From: Octopus bimaculoides
Taxonomy: Eukaryota
DNA length: 64,000 nt
Assembly: GCF_001194135.2 (NCBI RefSeq)
Contig: NC_068986.1
Coordinates: 13,336,958 to 13,400,957, forward strand
Direction: 5' to 3'
The notes beneath the pieces are model-generated. The model was not told where the DNA came from and searched no databases. It worked only from the letters and a program-made list of their open reading frames with translations. Positions within the stretch are counted from its first letter, which is position 1, and every line of letters begins with the position of its first letter. Shown piece by piece: positions 40,899-52,461 of the stretch. The position numbers were made by a program, and so were the translations under genes.

Positions 40899-43699
40899 TT
40901 AATCAATTATAAATCTTGTAGCTTTGAGATATTGATGATGAGATTGTTTATTTTCAGAATGACATTGTAGGGTAGGTACAAGAGGCTGGATTTGGTCAGT
41001 CTGAACATAAAACAGGTAAGTTATAGGGGATGAATATGGCTGGTTAAAAAGCAAAGGGTTCATTTTTTTAAACATTTTCTAGACAATGTTTTATCATCTC
41101 AACATAAAACAATGAAAAAATGAATAACAAAAATATGATCAAATGAGGGAGACTCTACATGGCTGCTTGGTCTGCTAGAAAAAGTAGCCAAATCTCCCTC
41201 AAATAATATCCTGACTGCCTTAACCCTTTTGAAACAATATTTCTGCTGAAATAGACCATGTTGGTTCCAACGAATTTTGAAAATAATGAAGAATTTAGTG
41301 AAATAACCTTGTTGTGAGTGAGCTGGTGTTTGCAGCATATTCTTTTACTCATCTCAGTCATTTGACTGTGGCCATGCTGGAGCACCGCCTTTAGTCGAAC
41401 AAATCAACCCCAGGACTTATTCTTCATAAGCCTAGTACTTATTCTATCGGTCGTTTTTGCCAAACCGCTAAGTTACAGGGACGTAAACACACCAGTATCA
41501 ATTGTCAAGTGATGGTGGGGGAGGACAAATGCAGACACACAAACACACACATACACACACACACACACATATCTATATATCTATCTATATATAGATATAT
41601 GGGCTTCTTTCGGTTTCTGTCTACCAAATCCACTCACAAGGTTTTTGTTAGCCTGAGGCTATAGTAGAAGACACTTGCCCAAGGTGCCACAAAGTGGAAC
41701 CGAACCCAGAACCATGTGGTTGGGAAGCAAGCTTCTTACTACATAGCCACTCCTGACAAAATTGACAAAATTTTGATGTAGGGTTTTAATTTAGATCACT
41801 TTCAAACAGGGAGTTTATGACACAGATTCAGGGCAGTCTCAGACATGTCGATATCAAAAGGGTCAAACTTGCCACTGAAGGGATACATTTAACTGATTAA
41901 CCCCTTCATTACCATATTCCTGCTGAAATGCACTGCCTTTGGTTCAATTAATTTTGAAAATAATCTTTTATCATTTAGTTGCATCAATCATTAGACTGCA
42001 GTCATGCTGGGGCACCACCCTGAAGAATTTTTAGTCAGATGAATCAACCCTGATACTTTTTTTTTTCTCAGAGTCTGGTACTTATTCTATCAGTTCCTTT
42101 TGCTGAACTACTAAGTCACAAGGATGTAAGCATACCAACACCATTGCCAAGCAGTGGTGGGGAATAAACACAGACACAAAGACATATACACATATATATA
42201 TGTATATATACAATGGGCTTCTTTCAGTTTCTATCTGCCACATCCACTCACAAGGCTTCAGTAGGCCTAAGGCTACAGTAGAAGACACTTGGCTAAGGTG
42301 TCATGCAGTGAGACTGAACCCAGAACCGTGTGGCTGGAAGCAAACTTCTTTCTACGCAACCACTCCTGCACCTATAATGAAGAATTTAGTAAAAATAACT
42401 TTGTCGCTATTGAGCTGATGTTTGAAACATAAATTGATTTCAAACTTTGGCAGGAGGCCAGTAATTTCAGAGGAGGGGGTAAGTCAATTAGATCAACCCC
42501 AGTATTCAACTGGTACTTACTTTATAGACTCTGCTAGGATGAAAGGCAAAGTCAACCTAGGTGGAATTTGAACTCAGAACGTGAAGACAGATGAAATGCT
42601 GCCGAGCTTGCTAATGATTCTGCCAGCTCACCACCTTAATAATAAATTAACATGAAATTTTGATAGAAGGTTTTTAATTTCGATCACTATGGAACAGGAA
42701 GTTTGTATGATAAAGCCAAGGGCTGGTCTCAAGCAGGTTGGTATCAAAAGGGCTAAAAAAAGTGAAGATGTACTGCATAATTTTAGTCATAAATACATTA
42801 TGCCTGATAACAAGATGGGATGGCTGTGGTTGACTTGATTATAGTTCCATTCAATCAGCATCTAGACACCACCACTACCACCACCACCACCACCAAAAAT
42901 GATTTTTTGCACATGATAATCACATTTGATTTAATCATTGCAATCTATATTGACTTGAAAACTTTTGTTCTGATGAATAATCAAATGGGTGTATATGTGT
43001 ATGCATCTTTTCTAATAAACAAGAGCAGCACTATTTATTTTCCTTATTTCATGTTTGAACAAATAATCTATTTATAAGCAACATATTGGAAAGTTGGAGA
43101 GATCTTGGTGGAAATATTTCAATAATATTTGAATAATATTTTTGAAAAGATAATTTTTGAAATGAATAATTCCCCCCTCTCCACACCACCGCCATTTTTC
43201 TCACCAGTTTAGATCTATGATACTAGCTTTGTTACCAAGATTCAAACACACACATACATATCGTCTACTTTTTATCTTTTACTTGTTTCAATCATTAGAT
43301 TGTGGCCATGCTAGGGCACCACGTTGATGAACTTTCAGCTGAATGAATTGACCCCAATACTTGGATTTTTTTTAAAGTCTGCTATTTATTCTATAGGTCT
43401 CTTTTGCCAAACCATTAATTACAGGGATGTAAACGCACCAACACTGGTTGTCAAGTGGTGGTAGGATACACACACACACACACACACACAAACAGACACA
43501 CGTATATAACAGGCTTGTTTTCTGTCACTGTCTACCAAGTGCAGACACAAGGCTTTGGTTGGCCCAAGGATACAGTAAAAGGTGTAGACATGGATGTTTG
43601 GTCACAGAGTTCATTTCAAAGACTGAATGAGTGGAGAAAAGCCCTAATGAAGAAACTTTGTACTGTATACATTCACAAATGATCAAACTGTGTACTATA

Positions 43700-44030
43700 T
43701 ATGTGGTAAGAAGCTTGATTCCCGACCACATGTTTCCGGGTTCAGTCCCACTGCGTGACGCCTTGGGCAAGTATCTTCTACTATAGCCTTAGGCTGACCA
43801 AAGTTTTGTGAGTGGATCTGGTAGATGGAAACTGAAAGAAGCCCATTGTGTGTGTGTGTGTGTGTATGTTTGTGCATCTGTGTGTCCCCCTCCCTCATCA
43901 CTTGACAACCAACGTTGGTGTGTTTATGTCCCCGTAACTTACCAGTTTGGCAAAAGAGACCAATAGAACAACTAGGCTTACAAAGAATAAGTCCAGGGGT
44001 CACAGTCAAATGACAGAAACAAGTAAAAGA
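43700..44030 (+). mobile_element. tRNA-headed CORE-type SINE family B/D (octopus OR-like), full-length
   Basis: Head tgtggtaagaag...gggttcagtccc, CORE-like ccttgggcaagt, internal (TG)n, tail ...gcttacaaagaataagtcc...cagtcaaatgacagaaacaagtaaaaga. More than 30 copies or fragments, e.g. 21489-21825(+), 41340-41755(-), 41965-42370(-), 56215-56530(+), 56560-56920(+). Confidence 0.85.
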
Positions 44031-44999
44031 GTATACTGGCTATCATTTAATGACCATTTTCTATTCTGGCATGGGTTGGATGGTTTGATGGGAGCTGTCA
44101 AGCCAGAGAGATGCACTAGGCTCCGGTTGTCTGTGTATGTACAAAGTAAATACTATATACACAACAGTATAGCCTAAACATTTCAAATAATAAACACAGT
44201 TACTTCACATATACCACTTTGTGTAGATTAAACAAAGGCATATTATAAATTGTAATGTGCAAGTGTGTTATTATGTTTTATGCAGCAAACATGCACAAAC
44301 ATCTTCACACCCACAATATAACATATAACGGTTAATGAGTCTTAAAAATGTGAAGTTTTAATGTATTTTGCAGGACATCTGTTGAAGATTTAGTAAAAGC
44401 AAACATTGAATGACTGAATGATGTTTTTGTAGTAAAACAGGTTGTAATGTGCTTCCGCAACTCATAAGGCCATCAACCAGTAACAGTGAAAGAGAATAAA
44501 GCAGTCAGTATGTTAGAATAGCGGAATGTAATTTGTAGTTTGTTTGTTTTGGGAAATGTTATTAAGTGGATAGGTATTTCAAGGCAAATCTGAGATATTT
44601 CTGTGCTCATAGGCACAAACATAGACATATGATTAAGAAGTTCACTCTATAAACATATGGTTCTGGGTTCAAGTTTGATTCCACAACATGGAAGATGAGC
44701 GTAGTTTATTAAGACAGCAGTTGATTAAACTAACCCTGAGGCAATGTAAAAACAACCAAGCTGGAGCCACATAAAAAGCTCCTGTGCTGGTGTTGGTGCC
44801 ATGTAAAAAAGCAACCAGTACACTTTGTAAAGTGGCTGGCATTAGGAAGGGCATCCAGCTGTAGGGAAGTGGATATACACCATTCTGTGTATCCCAATTC
44901 CGTACATTCAATTTCTTAAGGAAAAGAACAGAACGCAGGCTCTAAACTAACAGCACAACAAATATTTTATTACAGTAGAATTCTGCTCACACTAGGAGG

Positions 45000-45380
45000 G
45001 AATTCGGTAGCACGTCACCTTTTGGTTAGATGAGACGCCGTCAATGAAGTTGCGTGGTTAGAAGTCATTTTTCTCCTCTCTGGTTATCTATGTGGCTCCA
45101 TTGTAGAGTTGTCGGAGAGCTGCTATTGTGACGNNNNNNNNNNGAAGTCATTTTTCTCCTCTCTGGTTATCTATGTGGCTCCATTGTAGAGTTGTCGGAG
45201 AGCTGCTATTGTGACGTCTAGCTTCCACGAAGTTCAGCGTACAAAAGAGATCGAAAGATGCGGGAACGCTTGGATATTGGATGACTACACATGCGCATGA
45301 GACTCTTCCTGCATTCCTTCCGGAAGACTAGTCCCTGCGCATGCGTGGATAAACTCTCCAGAATGGCGACTGATATTAGG
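45000..45380. promoter_or_regulatory. CpG-rich housekeeping-type promoter candidate
   Basis: About 18 CpGs. Motifs: NRF1-like catgcgcatg 45290-45299 and tgcgcatgcg 45336-45345, ETS palindrome cttccggaag 45317-45326, attgg (CCAAT) 45276-45280, CRE-like tgacgtct 45212-45219, YY1-like aatggcg 45362-45368. Confidence 0.6.
45019..45068 (-). CDS. Candidate first coding exon (MTSNHATSLTASHLTK, phase 2 donor)
   Basis: ATG at 45068 just downstream of the promoter cluster; donor AG|gtgacg. Could equally be a 5' UTR uORF. Confidence 0.25.
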
Positions 45381-45615
45381 CGCCACTACACAGCTATAGA
45401 AACCATGTCAAGAACAGACAACTGGAGCCTGGTGTAGCTCTTTGACTTACCAGTGCCTGTCCAACCATCCACCCCATGCCAGCAGGGAAGACAGATGTTA
45501 AACAATGAAGACATGACTGACATTTGCTCACCATCACCGACAGAATTTGAACCCAGACTAGAAAGATATGTGACTAAATACAGCAAAACAGATTGCGACC
45601 CTTCATCTCCAAGCA

Positions 45616-45860
45616 CAACAGTTCTCAACCAGGGTACATATGGTCCTGGGGAATCCATATCAGGTTTTGTTGTTATAATTTATGGGCAATGATTTGGTTA
45701 TATTTTTACAATATACAAATATTTTAATTTTCTACACAATTCGTAATATTTTAATTATAAAAATGTAACAAGATTTTCTACATATATACCACGGACGGCT
45801 ATGGAGGTCAAACAGAGTAAAACAGAAATCAAAGGGATCCACAGGCAGAGAACCAGAAGC
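45616..45860. mobile_element. hAT/Charlie-like MITE (cagtrgttctcaacc end), degenerate
   Basis: caacagttctcaacc left end. The same family is seen at 7340-7553 (ends gttgagaaccattg) and 25790-25892 (ends gttgagaactactg). Confidence 0.6.
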
Positions 45861-46479
45861 AGTCTTAGGGAAGCTGGTTCCAACTGTTGATGTCCTTATT
45901 CAACAATAATATTGAATTGTGCAATACAGGTTCAATTCCAGATCAAGCCATTTCACCCCCTAATATCTTTATGTGTAGTTTCTGTCTATAGCTTTCTGTT
46001 TATATTCTGAAAGAGTAGAGAAAACAGGTTCTTTCTTCCAGTCAGGTTTGTTCTTTACACATTTTGAAGAGAAATTCCCCAACAGTGACCTAACAGTCAA
46101 TTAAGGGGTACAGGGCATTACCACTTTTTGACATGGTTTCTAAGCAAACTCAGCATTCACACAGGAATGCTTGTGCCTCGCTTAGCGTATCAATTAATGA
46201 AAATGAAGAAGTGCTAGTTTAGTTTAACGAACTAGAAACGGCAAGATGCTATCAAATACTTTCAGACTGAAGTTTTATCTGAAATCTATAAATTTCCAAT
46301 TAAATGTTCGAATATCAACAACCAGAGAAGACAAACAATAATACCCTCTAACACAAAATGCTAGTGTCAATATCTATATTGACAAACTTAAATAACTGCA
46401 ACTATTTAACCTTTTGATCACTTGACCTCAGAAACTTTCTATGAAATTCTGTTCTCACAACACATCTGTTTCTTTCCCT

Positions 46480-46567
<88 letters not shown>

Positions 46568-46714
46568 CCTCTTTCACATTTGTATGAATGGGTCAGACAG
46601 AGTTTATCGAGACAGATTTTCTATTGTTGGATACTCTTCCTGTTGCTAATCCTTAACTATTTCCAAGCAAGTTAATATTTTCCCATAGTCAGACATGTTA
46701 CCACTGACTATAGG

Positions 46715-47010
46715 CAGTGGTGGACTGGGTCTAAAAATATTGGTTGCCAGGAGACTAAGGGGACCCACCTGCAACTACAGTGCTATCATTTAATTTTTTT
46801 ATTTTTTTTGTTAAAAGTATTCTTTTCAACGGTCTACAAACACAGCCAAACTGAAATGATTAATGCATTCTTCAAAGAATGAATAAAAAATTCTCAAACT
46901 TGAGGGGATGGGCCCCTTAGATACTAACATGGGCCCCCATATAGAGATTCTAATGGCGCAGGGGCCCACTTACCATTGCGCAAGCTGGCAACTTGGCCAG
47001 TCCACCACTA
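46715..47010. mobile_element. hAT-type MITE, 296 bp, perfect 8-bp TSD
   Basis: TIR cagtggtggactgg / ccagtccaccacta; TSD actatagg at 46707-46714 and 47011-47018. Confidence 0.9.
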
Positions 47011-47491
47011 ACTATAGGAAATGAACAACATTCATTTACGACAATCATGTGATGTCAAAAGAAGGAGACAGAATCACTCTCTCTCACACACACACAAACA
47101 TGCATACATTGTGTGTGTGTGCACATGTGCGCATATATGTGTCTATACATTGGACATAGCAAATAATTTGTCACTTGAAATCATATTTGTGATAATTCCA
47201 ATATTTTTTTTCCTTTTATAAATCTAGAAAGTTTAAAACAAGAAAATTCATCAGTATAGCAAGCAAAGAACTTATATTGCATTAGAGAATTTCCGATGAC
47301 TCCTCATAAGCAAATTGGTTCCGATAATTTGGTTAGTTTCATGTGAATTGCTTTTAGCACATCGTCTATCCCTGACCAATGGCTAATATAATGCTAACAA
47401 CTAAATTGTAATACAGTTCTATATTTAAGAGATGAGGAATTATGTATATTATTTACATTATTTACATTTGACAGATATTTGACATTTGACA

Positions 47492-47561
47492 GGCATATGG
47501 CATAGTGGTTGAGAGCGCAGGCTACTAACCCCAAGATTCCGAGTTTGATTCCAGGCAGTGA

Positions 47562-47638
<77 letters not shown>

Positions 47639-47772
47639 TCGAAAAAATTACCTTAGGAATGAGAACCCAGGTTAAAAATTTCTCCATGACACCTGATGAA
47701 GGCTGGAGGGTATATCAGCCAAAACATATTAACAACAAACAAGATGAGAACAAATATCCATCAAATGTAAAT
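47492..47772 (+). mobile_element. SINE family F copy; hammerhead GAAA arm mutated
   Basis: ggcatatggcatagtggtt...(aat)n...gacacCTGATGAaggctggagggtatatcagccAAAAC; preceded by an inverted tail segment at 47406-47490. Confidence 0.85.
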
Positions 47773-47780
47773 AACTAAAC

Positions 47781-48044
47781 ATGACAGCCCCAATAAGGGA
47801 ATCATACTGCTGCTATATATGTTTGTGAGAGCTTGACAGGCATCTTCAACCAGCTGGTGTTGCTATTTCAGGCTGATGACAAGCAATGACTCAGAAACAT
47901 GTCCCTGAATGCAGACTAGGCTGGGTGGAGGCTTGTCTCCCCCTCGTAAACATAAGGACACAGGAAATATGTCAAGGTCGACAGGAAGCGGTCCAGCTTC
48001 CTAGGGCTAAATAGCAGCAGTATGATTCCCTTATTGGGACTGTC
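47781..48044. mobile_element. MITE-like element with 35-bp TIRs and TG...CA ends
   Basis: tgacagccccaataagggaatcatactgctgctat vs atagcagcagtatgattcccttattgggactgtca (1 mismatch). Confidence 0.75.
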
Positions 48045-49199
48045 ACATTAAGTTGACAGTATACAACTGCTTTATCGTAACCCAGCTGCTTAAGTCTCTC
48101 TGTGAGATTTATAATTAGATCATTTCTAATTTTTGTAAATAACTAAATTGTACATATAGTTGCATGGCTCAATTAATTTGGTGGACAGTAGTAAGTAGAA
48201 TAAGGTTTTGCTTCACATGGTATGATTATTTCAAAATTACAAGAAGTGGGGTGATACATTTCAGGTGTTTTATATCTTCATCACAAGTCTCCGAAAACAT
48301 AACATTAACCTTCTTTTAAGTGTGAGTGAGCTGACAGTACGATTGAGTCAAAAGTTTTACAAATGTTTTGGCATTTTATTTACTTTAGTTGCCAAGTTAC
48401 AAAGAAAGAAGTCTAACATTCAAAGTAAAAGCTGTTTCCTTTGAATTTTATTGATATATTCACAGATTACATCATAACATCTTCAGATAAAATTTTAAAT
48501 AGATATAAAACAGACGAGAGAGTACCTAATTGACATGTCTAGATTCTATTGAATTTTATAACTAATCCACGCGTGTGTGTGTGTGTGTGTAAACCTGGCT
48601 GTGTTGTTAAAAAGTTTGCTTTGCAACCATGCAGTTCTGGGTTCAACCCCACAGTGTGGCACTATGTGCAAGCATCTTCGGTTTGCCACAAGCAAATCAA
48701 TGTCTTGTGATTGAACTTGATAACTATACAAAACTTGGCCGCATGTGTGCGTGCATGCGTATGTGTTGTATGTGAATGCATGTGGGAACATGCATGCATG
48801 TCTGTAAGAATTTTTATTTTCTAAGATTGCATGAGCTACAGTTGATGTTCTCTGTTTGCATTTCTCTTTGTCTATCCACAGACCATCTGGTCTCTTTGCT
48901 TTTGAAGACATGTATAAAGGTAAGGCTTAGTGACAGGAAGAGCATCCAGCAGTGTAACACAATGCACCAATATGTGTTTATCTAAAACATGACAGCATAG
49001 AGAAACAGATATGAACAAATGAATGAGCACAGGGGTGTGGTCAGGAAGTTTCCATTTCAGTCACATGGATTCCAGTGGAGTCCCAATGTGTGGCATCTTG
49101 AGCAAGTGTCTTCTATTATAAACCCAAGTAAACCAAAGCCTTGTGAGTAGATTTGGTAGACAAAAACTGAAAGAGCTTATCGTGTGTGTGTGTGTGTGT

Positions 49200-49575
49200 A
49201 GCATTGGGCCTCAGGGAGATAAAGTGGCCGAGTTCCTTTTGAGTGTTGGGCCTCACAGAGGCAATGACTGAGACCCTTGGCATTATGTCATGCTTGAGAA
49301 GACCCATCAAGCCGAGCAGAATCGCAGTCATGGCAGATACCAGTGTCACACAAATGACACCCATGTTGGTGGCACGTAAAAGCACCCATTACACTTTCAG
49401 AGTGGTTGGCATTAGGAAGGACATCCAGCCATAGAAAACCATGCCAAATTAGATGAGTCTGGTGCAGCCTTCCAGCTCACCAGCCTTGGTCAAAGTGTCT
49501 AACCCATGCCAACATGGACAATGGACAGTGATGATGATGATGACAATGATGATGATGATGATGATGATGATGATA
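49200..49575 (+). mobile_element. RTE-LINE 3' end including the last ORF codons
   Basis: LGLTEAMT matches LGLIEEMT of the 20.7 kb copy; followed by the family C UTR and (GAT)n. Confidence 0.75.
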
Positions 49576-49772
49576 TATAACAAAAATACTTATAGGGAAC
49601 ATCACATCTTTAACTGTAAAATTCCTCTTACAAAGCCAACAATTGTTTCTGTTGTATTAATCCCATTCTTTCTTCTTAATCAAGGAAAAGAATCTTTATT
49701 AGATTTTATCAGGAAGCCAGCATCTGATAAAACCATACAGGTAACAATTAATACAAAATATATAATTATCAT

Positions 49773-49950
49773 TATTTACATTAGATGGATATTTGTCCTC
49801 ATCTCGCTTGTTAACACGTTTCGGCTGATATACGCTCCAGCCTTCATCAGGTGTCGTGGGGAAATTTTGAACCTGAGTTCTCATTCCTGAGGTATTTTTC
49901 TAATGTTGTTGTTTATTATTATTATTCAGGTCGCTGCCTGGAATCGAACA
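49773..49950 (-). mobile_element. SINE family F copy, 5'-truncated
   Basis: The reverse complement reads gacacCTGATGAaggctggagcgtatatcagccGAAACgtgttaac; the head is truncated inside the B box. Confidence 0.85.
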
Positions 49951-50140
49951 CCACTGGAAAATACAAACACCACAGAGAACACCACTGGAAAATACGAAAA
50001 CTAAAAGAGGCAGCACATATGCTAGGACATAGTAACCTTCTAGGCAGGCCTAGTGCAGATATGAGTAGCATATAGGAACCAGCATTAAGGAAGGATAGGA
50101 AAATATTAGATTTATAAGCCCTAACATTCACTCCATAATT

Positions 50141-50416
50141 GCCCATGGCATAGTGGTTAAGAGCATGGGCTACTAACCCCAAGATTCTGAGTTTTATTCC
50201 AGGCAGTGACCTGAATGATAATATAAACAACATTGGGAAAATACCTTAGGAATGAGAACTCAGGTTCAAAATTTCTCCAAGACATCTGATGAAGGCTAGA
50301 GAGTATATCAGCCGAAACGTTGTGTTAACAACAAACAAGATGAGGACAAATATCCGTCAAATGTAAATAATGTAAATAATGTACATAATTCCTCATCTCT
50401 TAAATATAGAACTGTA
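50141..50416 (+). mobile_element. tRNA-headed SINE family F carrying a hammerhead-ribozyme-like motif
   Basis: A box tggcatagtgg, B-box-like gagttttattcc, (AAT)-derived linker, then gacat-CTGATGA-a-ggct...agcc-GAAAC-GTT-gtgtt and an AT-rich tail (gtaaataat repeats). Confidence 0.85.
50281..50326 (+). ncRNA. Minimal type I hammerhead ribozyme motif (Penelope-type); predicted cleavage after 50321
   Basis: Stem I gacat/gtgtt, core CTGATGA 50286-50292, stem II ggct/agcc, GAAA 50314-50317, palindromic AACGTT in place of stem III, GUU cleavage triplet. Confidence 0.65.
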
Positions 50417-50626
50417 TATAATTATCATGCCAATGTGACAAATAATGTACTTCTTAGAGCCATTTGGCATCTATTTCTAGCAGGTGGCACTACGTAAGGG
50501 CAACCAGCTGTAGAAACTTTGCCAGATCAGATTGGAGCCTGATGCAGCCTTCTGGCTTGCCAGTACTCAGTCAAATCATCCAACCCATGCCAGCATGGGA
50601 AAGCAGACGTTAAACGACGACGACGA

Positions 50627-50666
<40 letters not shown>

Positions 50667-51034
50667 CATACACACACACACACACTTAAGATATAAACAC
50701 AATTCAAATAAATTCAGTGTAATATTTTTGATTCTTCTGTGAATATGTTTCCTTTGCCAAGTAAGATACAGAAAGATATAAAATGATTTAAACCTTCCCA
50801 TCAGACCTAGGAATATCGGACTTCTCTAAATAATTCTTGACAGCTGTAAATTATTCTTCAATGACAAGCTTCCACAACTATTGGCAATGTTTCCTTGATG
50901 CATCTCATACTATCTATAAAGTGTTCATATGAAAAAGATTTAGTCAGTTAACAGTTTGAACTTGGTACTTTACATATGCACAGAAGATAAATAGAGATAA
51001 GCCCCAGGTGGGTCAAGTCAGCAATTCTGTTTAA

Positions 51035-51462
51035 CCCTTTTAGCATTTAAACCAGTCATATCAGGCCCAAGCATTCTGCCTGCTTTATGTTCAAACCGGC
51101 CAGATCTGGCCCACAAGGTCATTCTAAAGATAAGCACTTACATCATCAAAATCTGGAAGAAGCTACAAGATAATATATGCTTAATTCAAAACAATGGTTT
51201 CAAATTTTTCCACAAGGGCAGCCATTTTGATGGGGAGGGGATGAATCGATTACATCGACCCCAGCGTTCAACTGGTACTTAATTTATCAACCCCAAAATG
51301 ATGAAAGGCAAAGTCAACCTTGGCTGAATTTGAACTCAGATCAGAGCGAAGGGTGAAATACTGTTAAGCATTTTGGCCAGCGTGCTAACGACTCTGCCAA
51401 CTCACTGTTTAACGTGAATAAATAAACATGACATTTGACAGAGTAAACTGAATGCTAAAGGG
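51035..51462. mobile_element. piggyBac-like MITE family G interrupted by a family A SINE (about 51198-51410)
   Basis: TTAA-cccttttagcatt ... aatgctaaaggg-TTAA. Confidence 0.8.
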
Positions 51463-51737
51463 TTAAATAAAATTTTTAGAATAAGGCCTAGCTAGAAATG
51501 TCACGACTCCTCATGTCTCCCTGTGGCACACAATATTTTAGGAATTTTAAAACTTTTCTTTAGTTCTTTTTTGCCAATACAAACTATTTCTAGATTCCTC
51601 AAACATCAGGGTTTTTTTTACCTCTCTGTAAAATAATTCATGTTTATATTCTTAAGCACAAAAATATGTGAATTTTATGCTTTTTTATTTCTTATAATTC
51701 CTTAATTTTAATTTCAAGCTTCTAATCTTTCTTTCAG

Positions 51738-51807
51738 CTACAAAGAAATGATTGTCTCCCTTGTAATAGCTGCAATAGTTATCGGGACCACATGTGTCTA
51801 TTACTAA
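51738..51807 (+). CDS. Candidate terminal exon encoding a C-terminal transmembrane helix
   Basis: Long polypyrimidine acceptor ...ctaatctttctttcag; frame YKEMIVSLVIAAIVIGTTCVYY*. Confidence 0.3.
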
Positions 51808-51947
51808 TGATTTGGGGAAAGTGTCACATGGTTCGTGTTTGACTAATCATTTCAAATGTGTACTGAAAATAGTAGCAGTTTAGGTTTTGCCTCCTACATC
51901 TAGTATTGTATAGACACAAGGCAATTTATGTCTAAAGGTGTGTTTTT

Positions 51948-52004
<57 letters not shown>

Positions 52005-52198
52005 CCACTCACAGGACTTTGGTGAGCTTGGAACTATAATAGAAGACACTTGTACAAAATACCACACTGTGGGACAGAACCCGAAACTACATGGTTGAGA
52101 AACAGACTACTTAACCACGCTGCCATGCCAGAACTTATATATATATGTATGAGAATAACTGTGTTAATACACACAGAAGTATACACATGCATTGCTTT

Positions 52199-52235
<37 letters not shown>

Positions 52236-52413
52236 ATTGTGTATGTGTTGTGTATATTCATGCATGCATGTGTAAAAGTACAAGCCAGATGTGATGGCAT
52301 ACATGTGTGAAAGTATTTTGAGAGAGAGAGAGAAAAGTGAGAGAGAGAAAAACAAAGTGACACAAAGAAAGAGAAAAGGAAACAAAAGGAGAATGACAAA
52401 GAAAGCAACAGAA

Positions 52414-52461
<48 letters not shown>

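Noticed and set aside
42820-43077. 85-aa ORF and other 60-120-aa track ORFs
   Set aside because: No homology, splice signals or codon-like composition; most overlap SINEs or microsatellites.
45061-45216. Exact ~73-bp direct repeat in the promoter candidate
   Set aside because: The copies flank a 10-N gap; assembly overlap, not an enhancer duplication.
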